From positions 65,286,001-65,350,000 of the forward strand of contig NC_043001.1 in assembly GCF_006345805.1 (NCBI RefSeq): DNA of 64,000 nt. The letters are read 5' to 3'. Below the pieces are notes generated by a model. The model saw nothing but the letters and a program-made list of their open reading frames with translations. It made no database searches and had not been told where the DNA came from. The stretch comes from Octopus sinensis. Its lineage: Eukaryota. Every line of letters begins with the position of its first letter. Position 1 is the stretch's first letter. Positions 1-12,690 of this stretch are shown here, one piece after another. The position numbers and the translations under genes were made by a program.

Positions 1-52
1 GACTGAAGCAAGTAAAAGAATAATATATATATATATATATATCATATCAATA

Positions 53-574
53 TCTATAAATCTGAAACAGAAAAGTTTGTTTGTCTGGTTTTGGCATTGG
101 TACGGGTTAAAGGGCACTAGATCCCGTCGGATTCACTCCAAAATTTACAGAGATATGTAAAATGAGGTGAGGATGTGAGTGGGCTAGGTTAGAAATCCCT
201 ATCTCAAACGCTGTGGTTACTAGGGCAAAACCCTCACTTTGACAAGTTTTTCTCGCTTCTGTCATTTTCTTATCTGCCTGTCTTCCTCCATGTTTCTCTC
301 TTTCCTCCCTTCCCTTCACTTTCTCTCTATAACGACGTTTGACAGTGTCTACTATCTTTCCCCCGCCGTCTTCACCAGCGCTGTCACTCCTACATCCTCT
401 CCCTCTCTCTCTATATTCTAGAGAATTATTATCGCCACCACCACCACCACCACCACCACACAATCATGAGAACAAATATTATGAATCAGATATCTATTGG
501 GTTAATTTATATATATATGTGTGTGTGTGTGTGTTCTATATATAAATATGTATATATAATGTATATATACAAAG

Positions 575-636
<62 letters not shown>

Positions 637-700
637 ATAATTTGTATACATTTGTATATATAATGCGTACACACACACATATATATATAATGCGTGTATA

Positions 701-761
<61 letters not shown>

Positions 762-1501
762 ATGTGTGCATTATGTGGTCGCTTGAGCTGAAAATATGCA
801 CACCTATGTTAAAAGTGCTGGCGAGTTTGCATGGCAACTATTTTTTTCCTCAAATGAAAGGCGTGACCTCTAGGACAAAATTCCTCATCTTATAAAATGT
901 GGCCCCAGTAGACCCGAATGAAATCGGGTTATATTAACCAAAATGTGAAAAGGGGTCTAAATGTGACTGGAAGGGATTAAAATTTACAGGAGCGGGTGTT
1001 TAGGAATTTTCTTTTCCATCAAGTTCAAAATTTTACGCCAGCCGTTCAACTGCCACTACGTTGCTGTCCGTCGTTAAGAAATGCCAGCCATGGTGAGTCT
1101 ACTATCCCCAGATTCCATCCCTTCAAACTTTGGTTTCCAATATTTTTTAAAATTTTTATTCAGCTCGCAATTTCGTCTGTCCCTTTTAAATGTTAGTGTT
1201 TTGCTGTCTGCCTTGAAGCAGACCTTTCCGTTGTCACTGCCTGATATTTATGATTGATCTTTCAAAATATTTCTTTCTCAACTTACTCAAGATCTTTTGC
1301 TGTTTATAAATGGGAGAGAGATAGAGAAATATAGAGAGTAAGAGAAAGTCCGAGAGAAAGGAAGAGTAAGAGAGTGGGAAAGTGAGTGAGAAAGGAGAGA
1401 GAAACAAAGAGGGAGAATGTGGTTATAAACAACTGAAAGGAAGCAACAGAAAGTAACAACCACACTCTTACCCGCACGTAGAGCGGGTCACCGTAAGCTA
1501 G
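53..1501 (+). mobile_element. Non-autonomous Helitron-like element, possibly composite, with internal microsatellites
   Basis: 5' A|TCTATAAA at 52/53. 3' hairpin ACCCGC-acgtaga-GCGGGT (1470-1488), then CTAG (1498-1501) followed by T. This is the canonical Helitron 5'-TC / hairpin / CTAG-3' layout at an A|T site. Whether both ends belong to one element is inferred. Confidence 0.6.
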
Positions 1502-1534
<33 letters not shown>

Positions 1535-1550
<16 letters not shown>

Positions 1551-2752
1551 GTCCTTGGACGAAAATTGTATGCACATTTTGCTTTGACGGTTAATGGCGG
1601 CTAAACCGAGGCTAGGATCGAGCTGAAAATTGGCTGGGATACTAAATGCGTGTTGAGGATGACACCCACGATGGTTAAAATTCGCAACCTAAAAAGATGT
1701 GGTTGCTATGGCAAAAAGAGTGCTTTTTATCGATTCAAGGGGCCCAGAACCCCTCAAGATTTGTGCGATTGGCTTTTAATGCCCAGCGGCATTTTGTTGC
1801 AAAATTCCGGCTACTAGGAAACGATTTTTCATTGTGAAAAAACGAATGCTTTTTGCCCTCATTTTCTTTTTAATCTTTTTATAAAAGTGAAAGGATTTTG
1901 TCTATTTATTTTTACTGTCCACTTACGACGGTGATTCAGTTGACTAGGAAAACTATACAATTTGAATATCTTAATCTACATATTGAAACTGCATTAAACT
2001 TTGGCAAGCTTACCTATTCTGAGCGATTTGAAAGGTGATGTTCCCTTCCCTCTCTTCTGATTGTTGATACCTTATTTTTTTTTTACCTTTGATACCGTTG
2101 CTTCACTTTAAGGATGCTTCTTTACCCAGCCATTATGATATTTCGACTGCTGTCCATTGTTTCAAATAGGTTTTAGCATTGTCATTCTAGCCTTTTTTAA
2201 ACACATATGATTCATCCCAAAGAATCAACCTTTAAATAAGAGTTTTGCTTCTACTAGCGAAAGCTATATGTATCTTTGAGGAAGCTCCATACCAATTTAA
2301 CTTCATGCAGCATTCGCTGTTAGTTTATGTGCACGCTATGTGGGAAGATTTCTCCGAAAAAAAATAGCCCCCTTTGATGTTGAAAAAAATAAACTCGCAG
2401 AGGGGAAGTTTCAACATCTTCCTTCAATTTCCTTCCCCCATTTATATGGCTGTTTCTGACAAGAAATTTCGCTTTCATGTAAAACAACTATATTTTGTAG
2501 TCATTATCCGTAATCTACTCCCAAAACACTTCAGTAGATCTACTTTACATGGCTTGCAAACTTATATGCTCTATGATAATCAAAGTGCAACGACCTCCAC
2601 AATAACCAGCCTTCAATTTGATTTTCCGTTCCTAGGTTAATCGGAAACAGATTGCCATGCTACACATAAACCATCTCGGTAGTTCAACTATTTGGTGAAA
2701 AAAATACCACGAAAGCAACTTAAACCGTCCAGAGGACGGGTGCGTTTGCTAG
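1535..2752 (+). mobile_element. Second non-autonomous Helitron-like element, head-to-tail with the first
   Basis: 3' hairpin CCGTCC-aga-GGACGG (2725-2739), then CTAG (2749-2752) followed by T. The 5' end is buried in a (TA)n run ending TATATAAAAC. It shares a GAGCTGAAAAT motif with the first element. Confidence 0.6.
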
Positions 2753-2757
2753 TATAG

Positions 2758-3840
2758 TGTTATGGATTTTGGCTAGTGCAGTATTTCTGACCCACTTTTG
2801 GGTGTGGCGCCGGCACGTCTGGAAGAAAAGAGACAGCCCTTTGTTTACTGGGAGACTAATGGCCTTTGGAAGGACCTGTGACTTTGTGCGGTCGAGAAGG
2901 GGTCAGAGAGAATGTGGAAGAGGAAGACAGATTAAGGGATCTGAGAGCTGTCGTGAGAGAGATAGGCAGTAGGGCTAAGAGCAGATAGAGAGGGTATTGG
3001 CAGTAAGAGAGGATGAGGGGCAGAGAGAAGAAAAGTAGTGAGAGAGATAGAGTATAAGGCTAAGGGACAGATTGAGGATAAAGATAGAGTAAGGAATCAG
3101 AGAGCAAATAGAGAGGGTATGAGCGGTAGAGACAGAGGGAGATGAGGGCAGTGGAAGTCAGGACAGAGGAAGTGAGGTTTTGAGGCAGTCGGGAGTCGGT
3201 CGTCGAAGTGGACAGTCGGATTCTGGAGGTCAGGACAAGAGGCGGTGGAATCTTAGGAGCGAGCGATGGGATGCAGGAGTTTGGCAAGTTGGATTTAGCA
3301 GTATTGAGGGAGAGATGGAGTGCAAAATGGGACACTGGCGATTCTAATGAGGAATTAAGGTATTTGATTATGTATTGATACGTGTCACGATGTAAAGAGA
3401 CAGTGAAAAGAAATGAACAGTGAAAAGAACAGTAAAGGACTTGTTGATGTGACGTTATCTGTGATGTTTAGAAAAAGACTTTAAAGAACTGTGTCTTCGG
3501 ACGTGTACCTTTGAAACACTGTTATATTGTTACATGCATGTTTAAATGCTTTGATCTGTGGTATACCCGTATGATGTATTGATTTGTTGTTTCCCTTAAA
3601 TGCTTTGATGTATCTTGATGTTGTAACAATTGATTGTCATATAAACTATTGTTGAATGTAAGCCAGTGTTGCCTTGCCGTTTTGCCTCTGTGCCTCTGTA
3701 TCTCTCTGTGCTGCTGCGGTTGTTGTTGTCGTTGTGTCTCTCCTCTCCTCTCCGACGAGTTTCCGTGGCGAGAACATTCGCTGATCGAGTCGGGCCTGTC
3801 TGAGGGATTCCGTACAGTTTTCGGAGGTCCTCTCGTAACA
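2758..3840. mobile_element. Solo LTR (~1.08 kb), same family as 49532-50635
   Basis: Termini TGTTA...TAACA (TG..CA with a 5-bp inverted repeat). Collinear over its whole length with 49532-50635. Flanks ATAG/ATAT give an imperfect 4-bp TSD. No coding content. Confidence 0.75.
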
Positions 3841-3952
3841 ATATATATATTTCTATGTAAGAATGAATATATATATGGGGGTGGGGCGTGAGCAGGCCAG
3901 GAACCCAAACTTCAATGTCAAATGAAGGGAAACAGAATCTCTGCAAATAAAA

Positions 3953-4165
3953 GCGGCGAGCTGGCAGGAACGTTAGCACGCTGGGCGAAATTCTTAGCGG
4001 TATTTCGTCTATTTTTAAGTTCTGAGTTCGTATTTCGACGAGGTCGAATTTGCCTTTCATCCTATCGGGGTCAATAAATTAAGTACCAGTTGCTTACTGG
4101 GGGTCGATCTAATCGACTGGCCTCCTCCCCCAAAATTTCAGGCCTTGTATCTAGAGTAGAAAAGA
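3953..4165 (+). mobile_element. tRNA-derived SINE family A (tail type 1)
   Basis: GCGGCGAGCTGGCAGG head, B-box-like GAGTTCG, body AGGTCGA.TTTGCCTTTCATCC..TCGGGGTC, tail GGCCTTG..CTAGAGTAGAAAAG. Repeated at 23775, 28291, 28450, 34557 and 63545. Confidence 0.8.
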
Positions 4166-4264
4166 AAAGAATAAATGTTAATGAGAGGTTCCACACTCCT
4201 CAAGAATTTGGAATGGCTAAAGTAGAACCATACAACTGGATTTAGTTTACAGCCATACCCAGGA

Positions 4265-4390
4265 CATACATACATAGATACACACATACATACATACATA
4301 GATACATACATACATACATACATACATACATACATACATACATACATACATACATACATACATACACACATACATACATAAATACATACA
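4265..4390. repeat. (CATA)n microsatellite
   Basis: Direct reading of the sequence. Confidence 0.95.
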
Positions 4391-4595
4391 AATAAGAAAA
4401 TGGAGAAACAAATTCATCTCGTTCATCAACTTACGGATATTACAATTTTACATTATTTATTAATTATATAAACGAGAACATCAAAAACAAACAAAACATT
4501 ATATAAATCAATAGGTTATATAATGATAAAAATAATAATATTACAAATACATATTTTAAAAGTCATATTATAAATTATTGAAATTCATAAACTAC

Positions 4596-4727
4596 TTCTT
4601 ACAGCTGTTTCAGCCTATGGTCAAAAGTCAATCCAACTTATATTGCCTATAGATGTCAGTATATTATGGTTGTAGACATTAAAAATTATACTTATATGTT
4701 AAAAGAACCATAGGCCTCGTCAGAGGT
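4596..4727 (-). ncRNA. Degenerate type-I hammerhead ribozyme motif (family P5)
   Basis: Minus strand: CTGACGA (4723-4717), an 11-bp stem II (GGCCTATGGTT / GACCATAGGCT) around a ~83-nt loop, GAAA, palindromic ACAGCTGT, then A. Stem I retains only 2 bp. Confidence 0.5.
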
Positions 4728-4824
4728 TATAATTACTTGAAAAGTATAATAATGATATTGATATACAAAACATGCTGCACTTATTATCTAATATATACAA
4801 ATAAATAATAAACAAATATCCCAA

Positions 4825-4858
<34 letters not shown>

Positions 4859-5223
4859 GTACATATAAAAATATACAAATATACATACATATATATATAC
4901 ATATTCAAATCGCACATACTATTCACATGCGCAAAATACATTAAAGAACATCATTGAACAATTACATTACATTGGGTATATCATACGTGGTATAGTCAAG
5001 TAAATACATTCTAATGTATATACACTACTACGTTTAACAGTACCAGCAGTATTATTGCTTTAACGATAATCCTCTTCTGATCATACATCCTATATTCATG
5101 TTTACTAACATAACAAAAATTCACGTTAACAAGGTTCGAAATATAAATATTCACACGTATACATAAATATACATGCACAAACAAAATATTTGCGTATAAG
5201 TATATTAATCAGACAAACATAAT

Positions 5224-5595
5224 CTAGATATTACTTAACGTATCCACATAACACGAACAAATTCAATTTTAGAATCCGATATAGTAAATCCAATCTATAT
5301 GTCTAAGCTGGGTTAGGTCCACAATGTATACGTCTCTGTTAAATGCATATTAAATTTATCTAGATATTATTTAATACATCCATGTTACGCGAACAAATCC
5401 AACTATAGAATCCAGAAAGTAAATCCAAACTTTTCGCAATGTTTACGTTTCCGATATATGCATATTAAAATTAATACATCCACGTAATTCTAACAAATTC
5501 AATTTTAAAAACCAAAGTAGCAACTTCAAACTCTATGTCAAAGCTGAATATAGTCCAAAAGTTTATGCTTATGTTTATGCATATTAAATATTTAA
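5224..5595. repeat. Degenerate tandem repeat, ~3 units of ~110-135 bp
   Basis: Recurrent ...ATCCAC/T...GAACAAATT/CC...TAGAATCC...ATGCATATTAAA blocks at about 5224, 5360 and 5470. Confidence 0.5.
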
Positions 5596-5692
5596 AATTA
5601 TATTGGGGGTCAGGGAGCGGTCATTTAAATCATTGGCTATTTCCAATTGGCTAATTCGTTAGTTTATTACTACATGCAAAAACATATATATC

Positions 5693-5763
<71 letters not shown>

Positions 5764-5933
5764 TACATATACAGATATATACACATATATACACCTACAT
5801 ACATACAAACCAGTACGAACATCACATACACAAAAGTGTACTGAAGTCTATACATAATATCTAATATACAAGAAAGATAACATAAAATAATACTTAAAAC
5901 TACCACATGCATGCACACAAATAAACCTACATA

Positions 5934-6010
<77 letters not shown>

Positions 6011-6231
6011 TCCACATATGCACAAATCCAATAGTGACCTCAATATATTTAGTACAGTGACTCATACTTTGTGCATAACATATACTATAAAACAAAAGTA
6101 AATACATATCAATATACATAAATATAAAGATATATTTACAAACAAGTACCAGTATATAAAAAATGTACAAATATGTACACACAAATAAACACTTATATCA
6201 AAATATATAAACACATTCATATACAAATACA

Positions 6232-6780
6232 TCTCTTTATATATAAAACTGAGAATGTGTGTCTGCCTGTTTGTCTGTCTGTCTGTGTGTTTCCCTAAAA
6301 CTCGAGAACTACACAACCAATTTCATTCAAATTTTACATATGCCTTACTTAGGGTCCATGTAGTTTCATGGGCAAAAAGAATGTTCAACTTCTTGCCTAG
6401 GGCGAGCCCATAGCAATATCATATCTTCTCCACTATTTCAGTATTATGTGTTATAAGTGAAACAAAAACATTTCTCTATTTTATGTCAGATACTTTCACT
6501 TTAACAATAAAAATTAGAGATAATAATAACAATTGAATTATATGTAGTAAGTAATAATTAAAATCAAACTAAAGTATAATATAATCGTAACATAACAAAA
6601 GTAAAAATAGCAATTGGTATAAAATTGCATCAATGATTTGAACTTGAATAAGTGGTTTCACATGAATAGGAATAAATTAAAAGTAAAATTAGTGTGCAGA
6701 AATGGAATAGTCCAGATGGAGCTGTGCACATACCCTTTACCACAGCTTTTACATTAGATTATCTGCTAATTAGCTAGCAT
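6232..6780 (+). mobile_element. Helitron-like non-autonomous element (5' end clear, 3' end degenerate)
   Basis: A|TCTCTTTATATATAAAACTGAGAATGTGTG(TCTG)n start, similar to the 5' end of the 43045-43440 element. The 3' CTAG region is ambiguous (GCTAGC near 6775). Confidence 0.45.
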
Positions 6781-6829
6781 TAAGTATCTATATGAAGTTT
6801 GGCTGTATGTAATGTCTGTTTTCTCGAAC

Positions 6830-7370
6830 AGCCGCTTCTAACCGTAACCCTCCCCCTTAGGGAGAAGGAGCTTTGCTTATTGTTTAAAAATTGAATTGTG
6901 TCACTGTTTGGAGAAATTGACAATATTTTCACCATTTATACGGAAGCACTTTTGTTAAAATGCCTTCGATAGAAGAAAGTCCAAAAATGAATTTCGCTGT
7001 AGCCGTCGGCGGGCGTGAACTCATTAAAATTAAAATGGAAGAAATACAAACTTATTTCGGATTGATCACCGACAAAGACGGTGAATCTAGGATAACACCA
7101 CCAAACGAAATAAAAATAAAATTAAAGAAAAGACTATTGTCTATAAAGTATACAATGTAGAGAAAAAAAAGATTTGAACACCTGGAGGAAAGCACCATCG
7201 AAATTTGCCTTGGTGCGACTATAAAAGATATCAAGTATCTAACCAAAGGCGGTAAATTCGCCACAATAAAAGCAAAGTTCGAGTCAACGGAGCGTGCAAG
7301 GGAGTACTCGACTCGAACCTTGCAAAGTGGAAATATTTTATTTTTAGTACAAAATACCCTTTAGTACAAA
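6830..7370 (+). pseudogene. Probable 5'UTR plus ORF1 N-terminal fragment of an L1/Tx1-like LINE
   Basis: ORF 6960-7160 (MPSIEESPKMNFAVAVGGRELIKIK...) continues past a stop as ...KGGKFATIKAKFES...STRTL. The assignment rests on my recollection of similar cephalopod LINE ORF1s and is not verified. Confidence 0.35.
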
Positions 7371-7727
7371 AAACCCTTTGAAATAGATGCAAATAGTTAT
7401 TATGAGCTTTTTTAATTTATTATATTTAGGAGTACAACATCGTAATGGGTTATGGGTATATCATTTTTTGTATATGTATGTATAAGTGTATAATATATGT
7501 ATTTGTATATGAATGTGTTTATATAATTATATATTTTAATATAAGTGTTAATTTGTGTGTACATATTTGTACATTTTTTTATATACTGATACTTGTTTGT
7601 ATATATATCTTTATATTTATGTATATTGATATGTATTTACTTTTGTTTTTTAGTATATGTTATGCACAAAGTATGAGTCACTGTACTAAACATATTGAGG
7701 TCACTATTGGATTTGTATATATGTAGA

Positions 7728-7810
<83 letters not shown>

Positions 7811-8014
7811 GTAGGTTTATTTGTGTGCATGCATGTGGTAGTTTTAAGTATTATTTTATGTTATCTTTCTTGTATATTAGATATTATGTATAGACTTCAG
7901 TACACTTTTGTGTATGTGATGTTTGTACTGGTTTGTATATATGTAGGTGTATATATGTGTATATATCTGTGTATGTGTGGATGTATGTATGTATGTATAT
8001 ATATATATATATAT

Positions 8015-8390
8015 ATACAAAAAGCAATAAAGATTCAAGTTAATTTAAATGAATTTACTTGAATATGGTACCTAACTTAGATGCACCAAAAAAAACTATA
8101 CTGTTTTAACAATACAGTAATGTGGGGTGATTATAAGCGAGAAAGAAGCAACAAGAATGGATAGGTTTTTCGTACAATCGTTTCATACAAGGACAGGCTT
8201 TATTAAAAGTTGTAAAAATTACAGCATATAAACGTGTCCCGTACTCATCAGCTAAAATACATGTGAGTTCTCTAGACATCCTAGTGGTTGAGGCTATAAG
8301 AACTCACATGTATTTTAGCTGATGAGTACGGGACACGTTTATATGCTGTAATTTTTACAACTTTTAATAAAGCCTGTCCTTGTATGAAAC
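8015..8390 (-). mobile_element. HHR-bearing pseudo-LTR-like repeat P1 with a fold-back (arms ~8180-8270 / 8299-8390)
   Basis: Starts at a (TA)n run. Homologous to 51876-52468. About 91-bp perfect inverted arms. Confidence 0.75.
8167..8257 (-). ncRNA. Type-I hammerhead ribozyme motif (P1)
   Basis: TTTTAG-CTGATGA-GTACGGGACA...TGTCCTTGTAT-GAAA-CGATT-GTA-CGAAAA, with one stem I mismatch. The plus-strand mirror copy (8313-8390) is truncated after GAAAC. Confidence 0.65.
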
Positions 8391-8524
8391 TGAGCTGATA
8401 TAAACCCAAAAAATCACAAAATTCACCAAAACTATACGAACAGACACCAACCAAAAATCATTACAGTTGCTCCCATAGGAACACAAGGTAAAATCCAAAA
8501 TGAATTCCTCGCTTTTTCAAGAAC

Positions 8525-8740
8525 ATGAATTTTTTATATTTGACTCTATTGAATGCATGTCACAATTATGAACTACTACATCATACTCTTTAAACATATA
8601 GCATGGACTCGCTTTATTATATAGGAATTTTTTATATTTGACTCTATTGAATATTATATATGAATTTTTTATATTTGACTCTATTGAATATATGTCACAA
8701 TTATGAACTATTACATCATACTCTTTAAACATATAGCATG
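8525..8740. repeat. Local tandem duplication (~80 bp x2 plus a partial third copy)
   Basis: ATGAATTTTTTATATTTGACTCTATTGAAT...TTTAAACATATAGCATG appears at about 8525 and 8660, with a partial copy between. Confidence 0.8.
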
Positions 8741-8850
8741 ATAATTTTTTTTGATAAGGTTCGTCATTTCAGGAACCGAAACATGTTAAATAATGTATAT
8801 ATAAAAATTAAAATTTGTCTAATATAGCAGCATTTTCAAACTTCATTTTT

Positions 8851-8918
<68 letters not shown>

Positions 8919-9788
8919 CAAATATTTTATGTATAAGTCTGTGTGTATATATATGTAGTGGTATAAATATCAACACACAAAAAAAAATTTTTTCTTCTCC
9001 ATTTCCTCCCATATTTTTATTTATTTTTTATTTTTATTTTTATTTTTATACCTATTTTTATTTTATTTTCCCTTTTCTCTTTTTGTCTCTCTCCCCTTCT
9101 CCAAACACACAGAGACACACACGCACACAAACACACACGGACACACAGAGACACACACACACACACACACCTCCACAAAACGATCATACAAAGTAGTTCT
9201 TTGACCCCAAATGGCATTTGACCATCCTCAAAATCATAAAAGGTGTAATTTATGGCCAGCCTACCCACCAACACACACTCAGTGACACCAGAATGGACAG
9301 AGAGCTAAAATTCTTAGAACTCTAGGGGGTCCAACAGGCCAAAGGAAATCCTTCTTCTTCTTCTTCTTCTTCACACAACACACAAACACACACAGACACA
9401 CACACACACACACACACACATACACATACACACATGTTTTCTCTCTCACTTCCTCCTCATCCACCTCACCCTCTTATACTGTCTTGTTCCTCCCCACTAC
9501 TACGAAACTCTATAAAATGATCAAATTCCCCACAAAGAAATTAATTTGATTTGAAAACCCCACTAGAATGGGAGAAAGTGCTAATAATCTGAATGATATG
9601 ATATATATATGTAAAAAATGTAATATATAAATAAATATCTATAAATATGAACCATCCGATCTTCTGATTACCTCATTTCTTCTAATATATATATATGATT
9701 TTGATTTTGATTTTGATTTTTCCAGTTTCAGCTAATGAGCTGTGGCCATGCTGGGGCACCGCCATTTGGTTTGCAACACGATTTTACC

Positions 9789-12690
9789 TCACGGATGCTT
9801 TTTAGCAAACGCCATCTGATGCATGAGAGAGTTCGATGCAGCTGCCCTCATTTGCACCTCCTGCCGCGAAGTTGGTTCATCCGGGACACCTGACAGGAAG
9901 AGATCCAGTCCTAGTTTAAAGACATCCGCATCTACACCATGCAGGTCCCTCAGGTTCTTCGGGAGGATATTGAAGAGCTGTGGGCCTCTGAAGCCCAGGC
10001 TATCACAATATCTTGTCCTACATCTTGATGGCAAATTTGGAGTCCTTGGTACTACGCAGTGGCGTCCGGTTCTGGCATTTGTGTGACTCTCGATGCCAAA
10101 GTCTGGGACAAGACCTTCCAGGATCTTCCAGATATATTATGGCATATCTTTCTCGCCTACGCTCCAGGGAATAGAGCTTTAATCTCTTGAGTCTTTCGCA
10201 GTAGCTCATATGCTGCACAGAGGCTATCTTCTTCGTGTAGCTTTGTTGGATCGCCTCAAGTTCTGTGATCAACTTGACACTGGATGGTGACCATAGCTGA
10301 GAGCAATAGTCAAAGTGGCTTAAGACAAGTGTCTTCCAGAGGACCATCATGGTTTCTTGTTCTCTTGTTCTAAAGGTTCTAAGAATCCATCCAGCCAGCC
10401 GTCTACATTTCATTGTCAGTTTAGCAACATGTACATGAAAGGTCGCGTCATCACTCATGTGAATACCCAGGTCACGCACTGATTGTGCCTCTGGGATTGC
10501 AATCCCTCCGGGTCCAGTGTATTCATTGGGTATTGCATTCAGTTTTGCATGCTGATAGTATAAAGCTTGAAACTTTTCAGCATTGAACTGCATGCTATTC
10601 TTTTCAGCCCACTTGTATATTTCGTCCAGCTCACATTGCAGGTGCTTAGTGTCTTCAGGGTTCTGTATTGCCTGTGAGACTTTTGTATCATCTGCATAAT
10701 TTGTGATCGTGGCTCTCTGCGTGGCTGAGGGCATGTCTGAGAGGGCCATTATGAACAGTAGTGGTCCCAAAACAGTGCCCTGCGGAACACCTGACTTCTA
10801 TTCTTCAGAAAGTCATGAAGCCATTCTCCCAATTTTCCAACTATGCTAAGATCACGCAGTTTGTGACATATCATTCCATGATCGACTTTATCAAAGGCCT
10901 TTGCAAAGTCGAGATATATGACTTCCACATTTGAGTGGTTGAGCAGTTGTTTCAGCACCCAGTCATAGTGTTGTAGGAGCTGAGTTAAACAGCTTCTTCC
11001 TGGTCGGAAACCATGTTGGGTGTCAGGCAGCAAGTCATTTTCTTCAAGGAAGGTGATTAGTTTCCTTCTGACTATTCGTTCCATGACCTTGCTGATGTGT
11101 GAGGTGAGAGAGATAGGTCTGTAGTTCTTGGCCTTCGCTCTGCTACCTCCTTTATGAATAGGGCATATTTTACCTTCTTTCAGTTTTCTTGGAAGTTTGC
11201 CAGCTGCAAGGAAGCTCTGAAAGAGGAACTGCAGTGGTCTTGCTAGGACTCTCTTACATACTTTTAGGAGGATTGCCGGGAATCCATCGGAGCCAATAGC
11301 TGAGTCTGTTTTCATTTCATCTATAGCCTTTATTACATCGTCTTCCTTTATATCGATGTAATTTATCGTCGCCGCCTCTGATTTTATATCTGCAGTGGTA
11401 AAGAAGTCAGTTGGATTGGTGATTTGGAAATGCCCAAGGGGTGGAGTGAAAACACTCTTGAATTGCTCATTCAGTATTTCACTTACTCTCATTGGTTTTC
11501 CTGTGAGTGTGCCATCCTTTTCAAGGAGTGGCCCTATCCTACAGTGCACCGTAGCTGTTTCTTTGGCATACCTGTAGAAAGCTCTGGGGTTAGTTTTTAT
11601 GTTGTCTATAGCCCAGGCTTCTTTGTCTGCTCTCCCTTTCATGGGAGAGTTGCAGACATTTTTCAATTTCCAACAGTTTTATTTTTAGGCGGGACTTTTC
11701 ACTGCTTTCAATTTGTTTGTTTAGGCGATTTGAAATTTTTGTACGCCGTCTCATTAAAATTTTCCTCTCTCTGGGGATTTTGTTCTTGTGTACAGTGGCC
11801 TTTCTCTCTGGGACACATTTGTAGCATATGGCTTGCATTACAGACATGAATTGTTGAAGTTTCATGTCGATGTCCGGCGAGGAGAGACATTCAGGCCAGT
11901 TTTGTTTGAGGATCTCTTTCTCAATTTGTTTCCAGTTTGCCTTATTGAAGTTCAAGCTGGAAAGATTCTGAGAGCTTCTTGTAGGCTGCATGTCCATGCT
12001 TTCCTTTGGCCCGTACATAGTCAGCTCTACCATGTTGTGATCCGAGAGTAGTGTCGGTGTCACTTTCACATTATGGATGAGATCCATATTATTTGTGAAG
12101 CAGAGGTCCAGTGTGTTACCTGCCCTGGTTGGTTGGAGTATTACTTGCTCCATGTACAGGGTGTTGATGAGGTTCAGGAGGGACCTCGCCTGTCCCCGTT
12201 CACATCGTGTCATTCCTGGGAGAGAAAGGCCCTCGGGCCATCTGACATTGGGTAGGTTGAAGTCTCCCATGAGAAGTACACTTATGTGCTGTTCTAGTGT
12301 GACTAGAACTTCTATTTTTATAAGGCAGTCTTCAAACTTGCCCATATGGCTTGGGGCATCTGGAGGGCGATATGTAGCACACACAACTACACCAAGTTGC
12401 CTTACATGTACAATTAGTGTGTCACACACCGAGTTTGAGTATGACAAAAGGACCTGGGGTGTGAGGTCCTCACGGATGTACATAGCAACTCCTCCATGAC
12501 TCCTTTCTTTTCTGTCGGTCCGTAGTACAACATACTGTGGTATGTGTAATTCCGCATCCGCTATGTCCGGTTTCAGGTGTGTTTCCGTAAGTGCTATGCA
12601 TAAGGCTTGATTGCATGCAACAAAGTCTTTCAAGAACGGGACTTTTGTCCTGTTACTGTGTGTTAGTAGTCCTCTGATGTTCAGTAGGAG
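9789..12690 (-). pseudogene. LINE ORF2 (APE endonuclease + reverse transcriptase), frameshifted
   Basis: APE motifs LNIRGL, TETHL, GGVAMY, YRPP, GDFNLP, LDLCF and SDHN. RT motifs YRPISLTS, QHGFRPGRSC, YLDFAKAFDKVDH, VPQG..LGPLLF and YADD. Frameshifts near 11630, 10790 (with a short deletion) and 10100. Confidence 0.92.

Larger units (their letters stand above)
5760..7975. repeat. Inverted repeat pair (~470-bp arms, 5760-6230 and 7495-7975)
   Basis: Arm 2 is the reverse complement of arm 1 with a few substitutions, and both arms have a (TA)n tract at the same position. Confidence 0.85.

Noticed and set aside
3953-4030. tRNA genes at SINE heads (also 17716 and 23940-24009)
   Set aside because: Only A/B-box-like remnants without a cloverleaf, always fused to SINE bodies.
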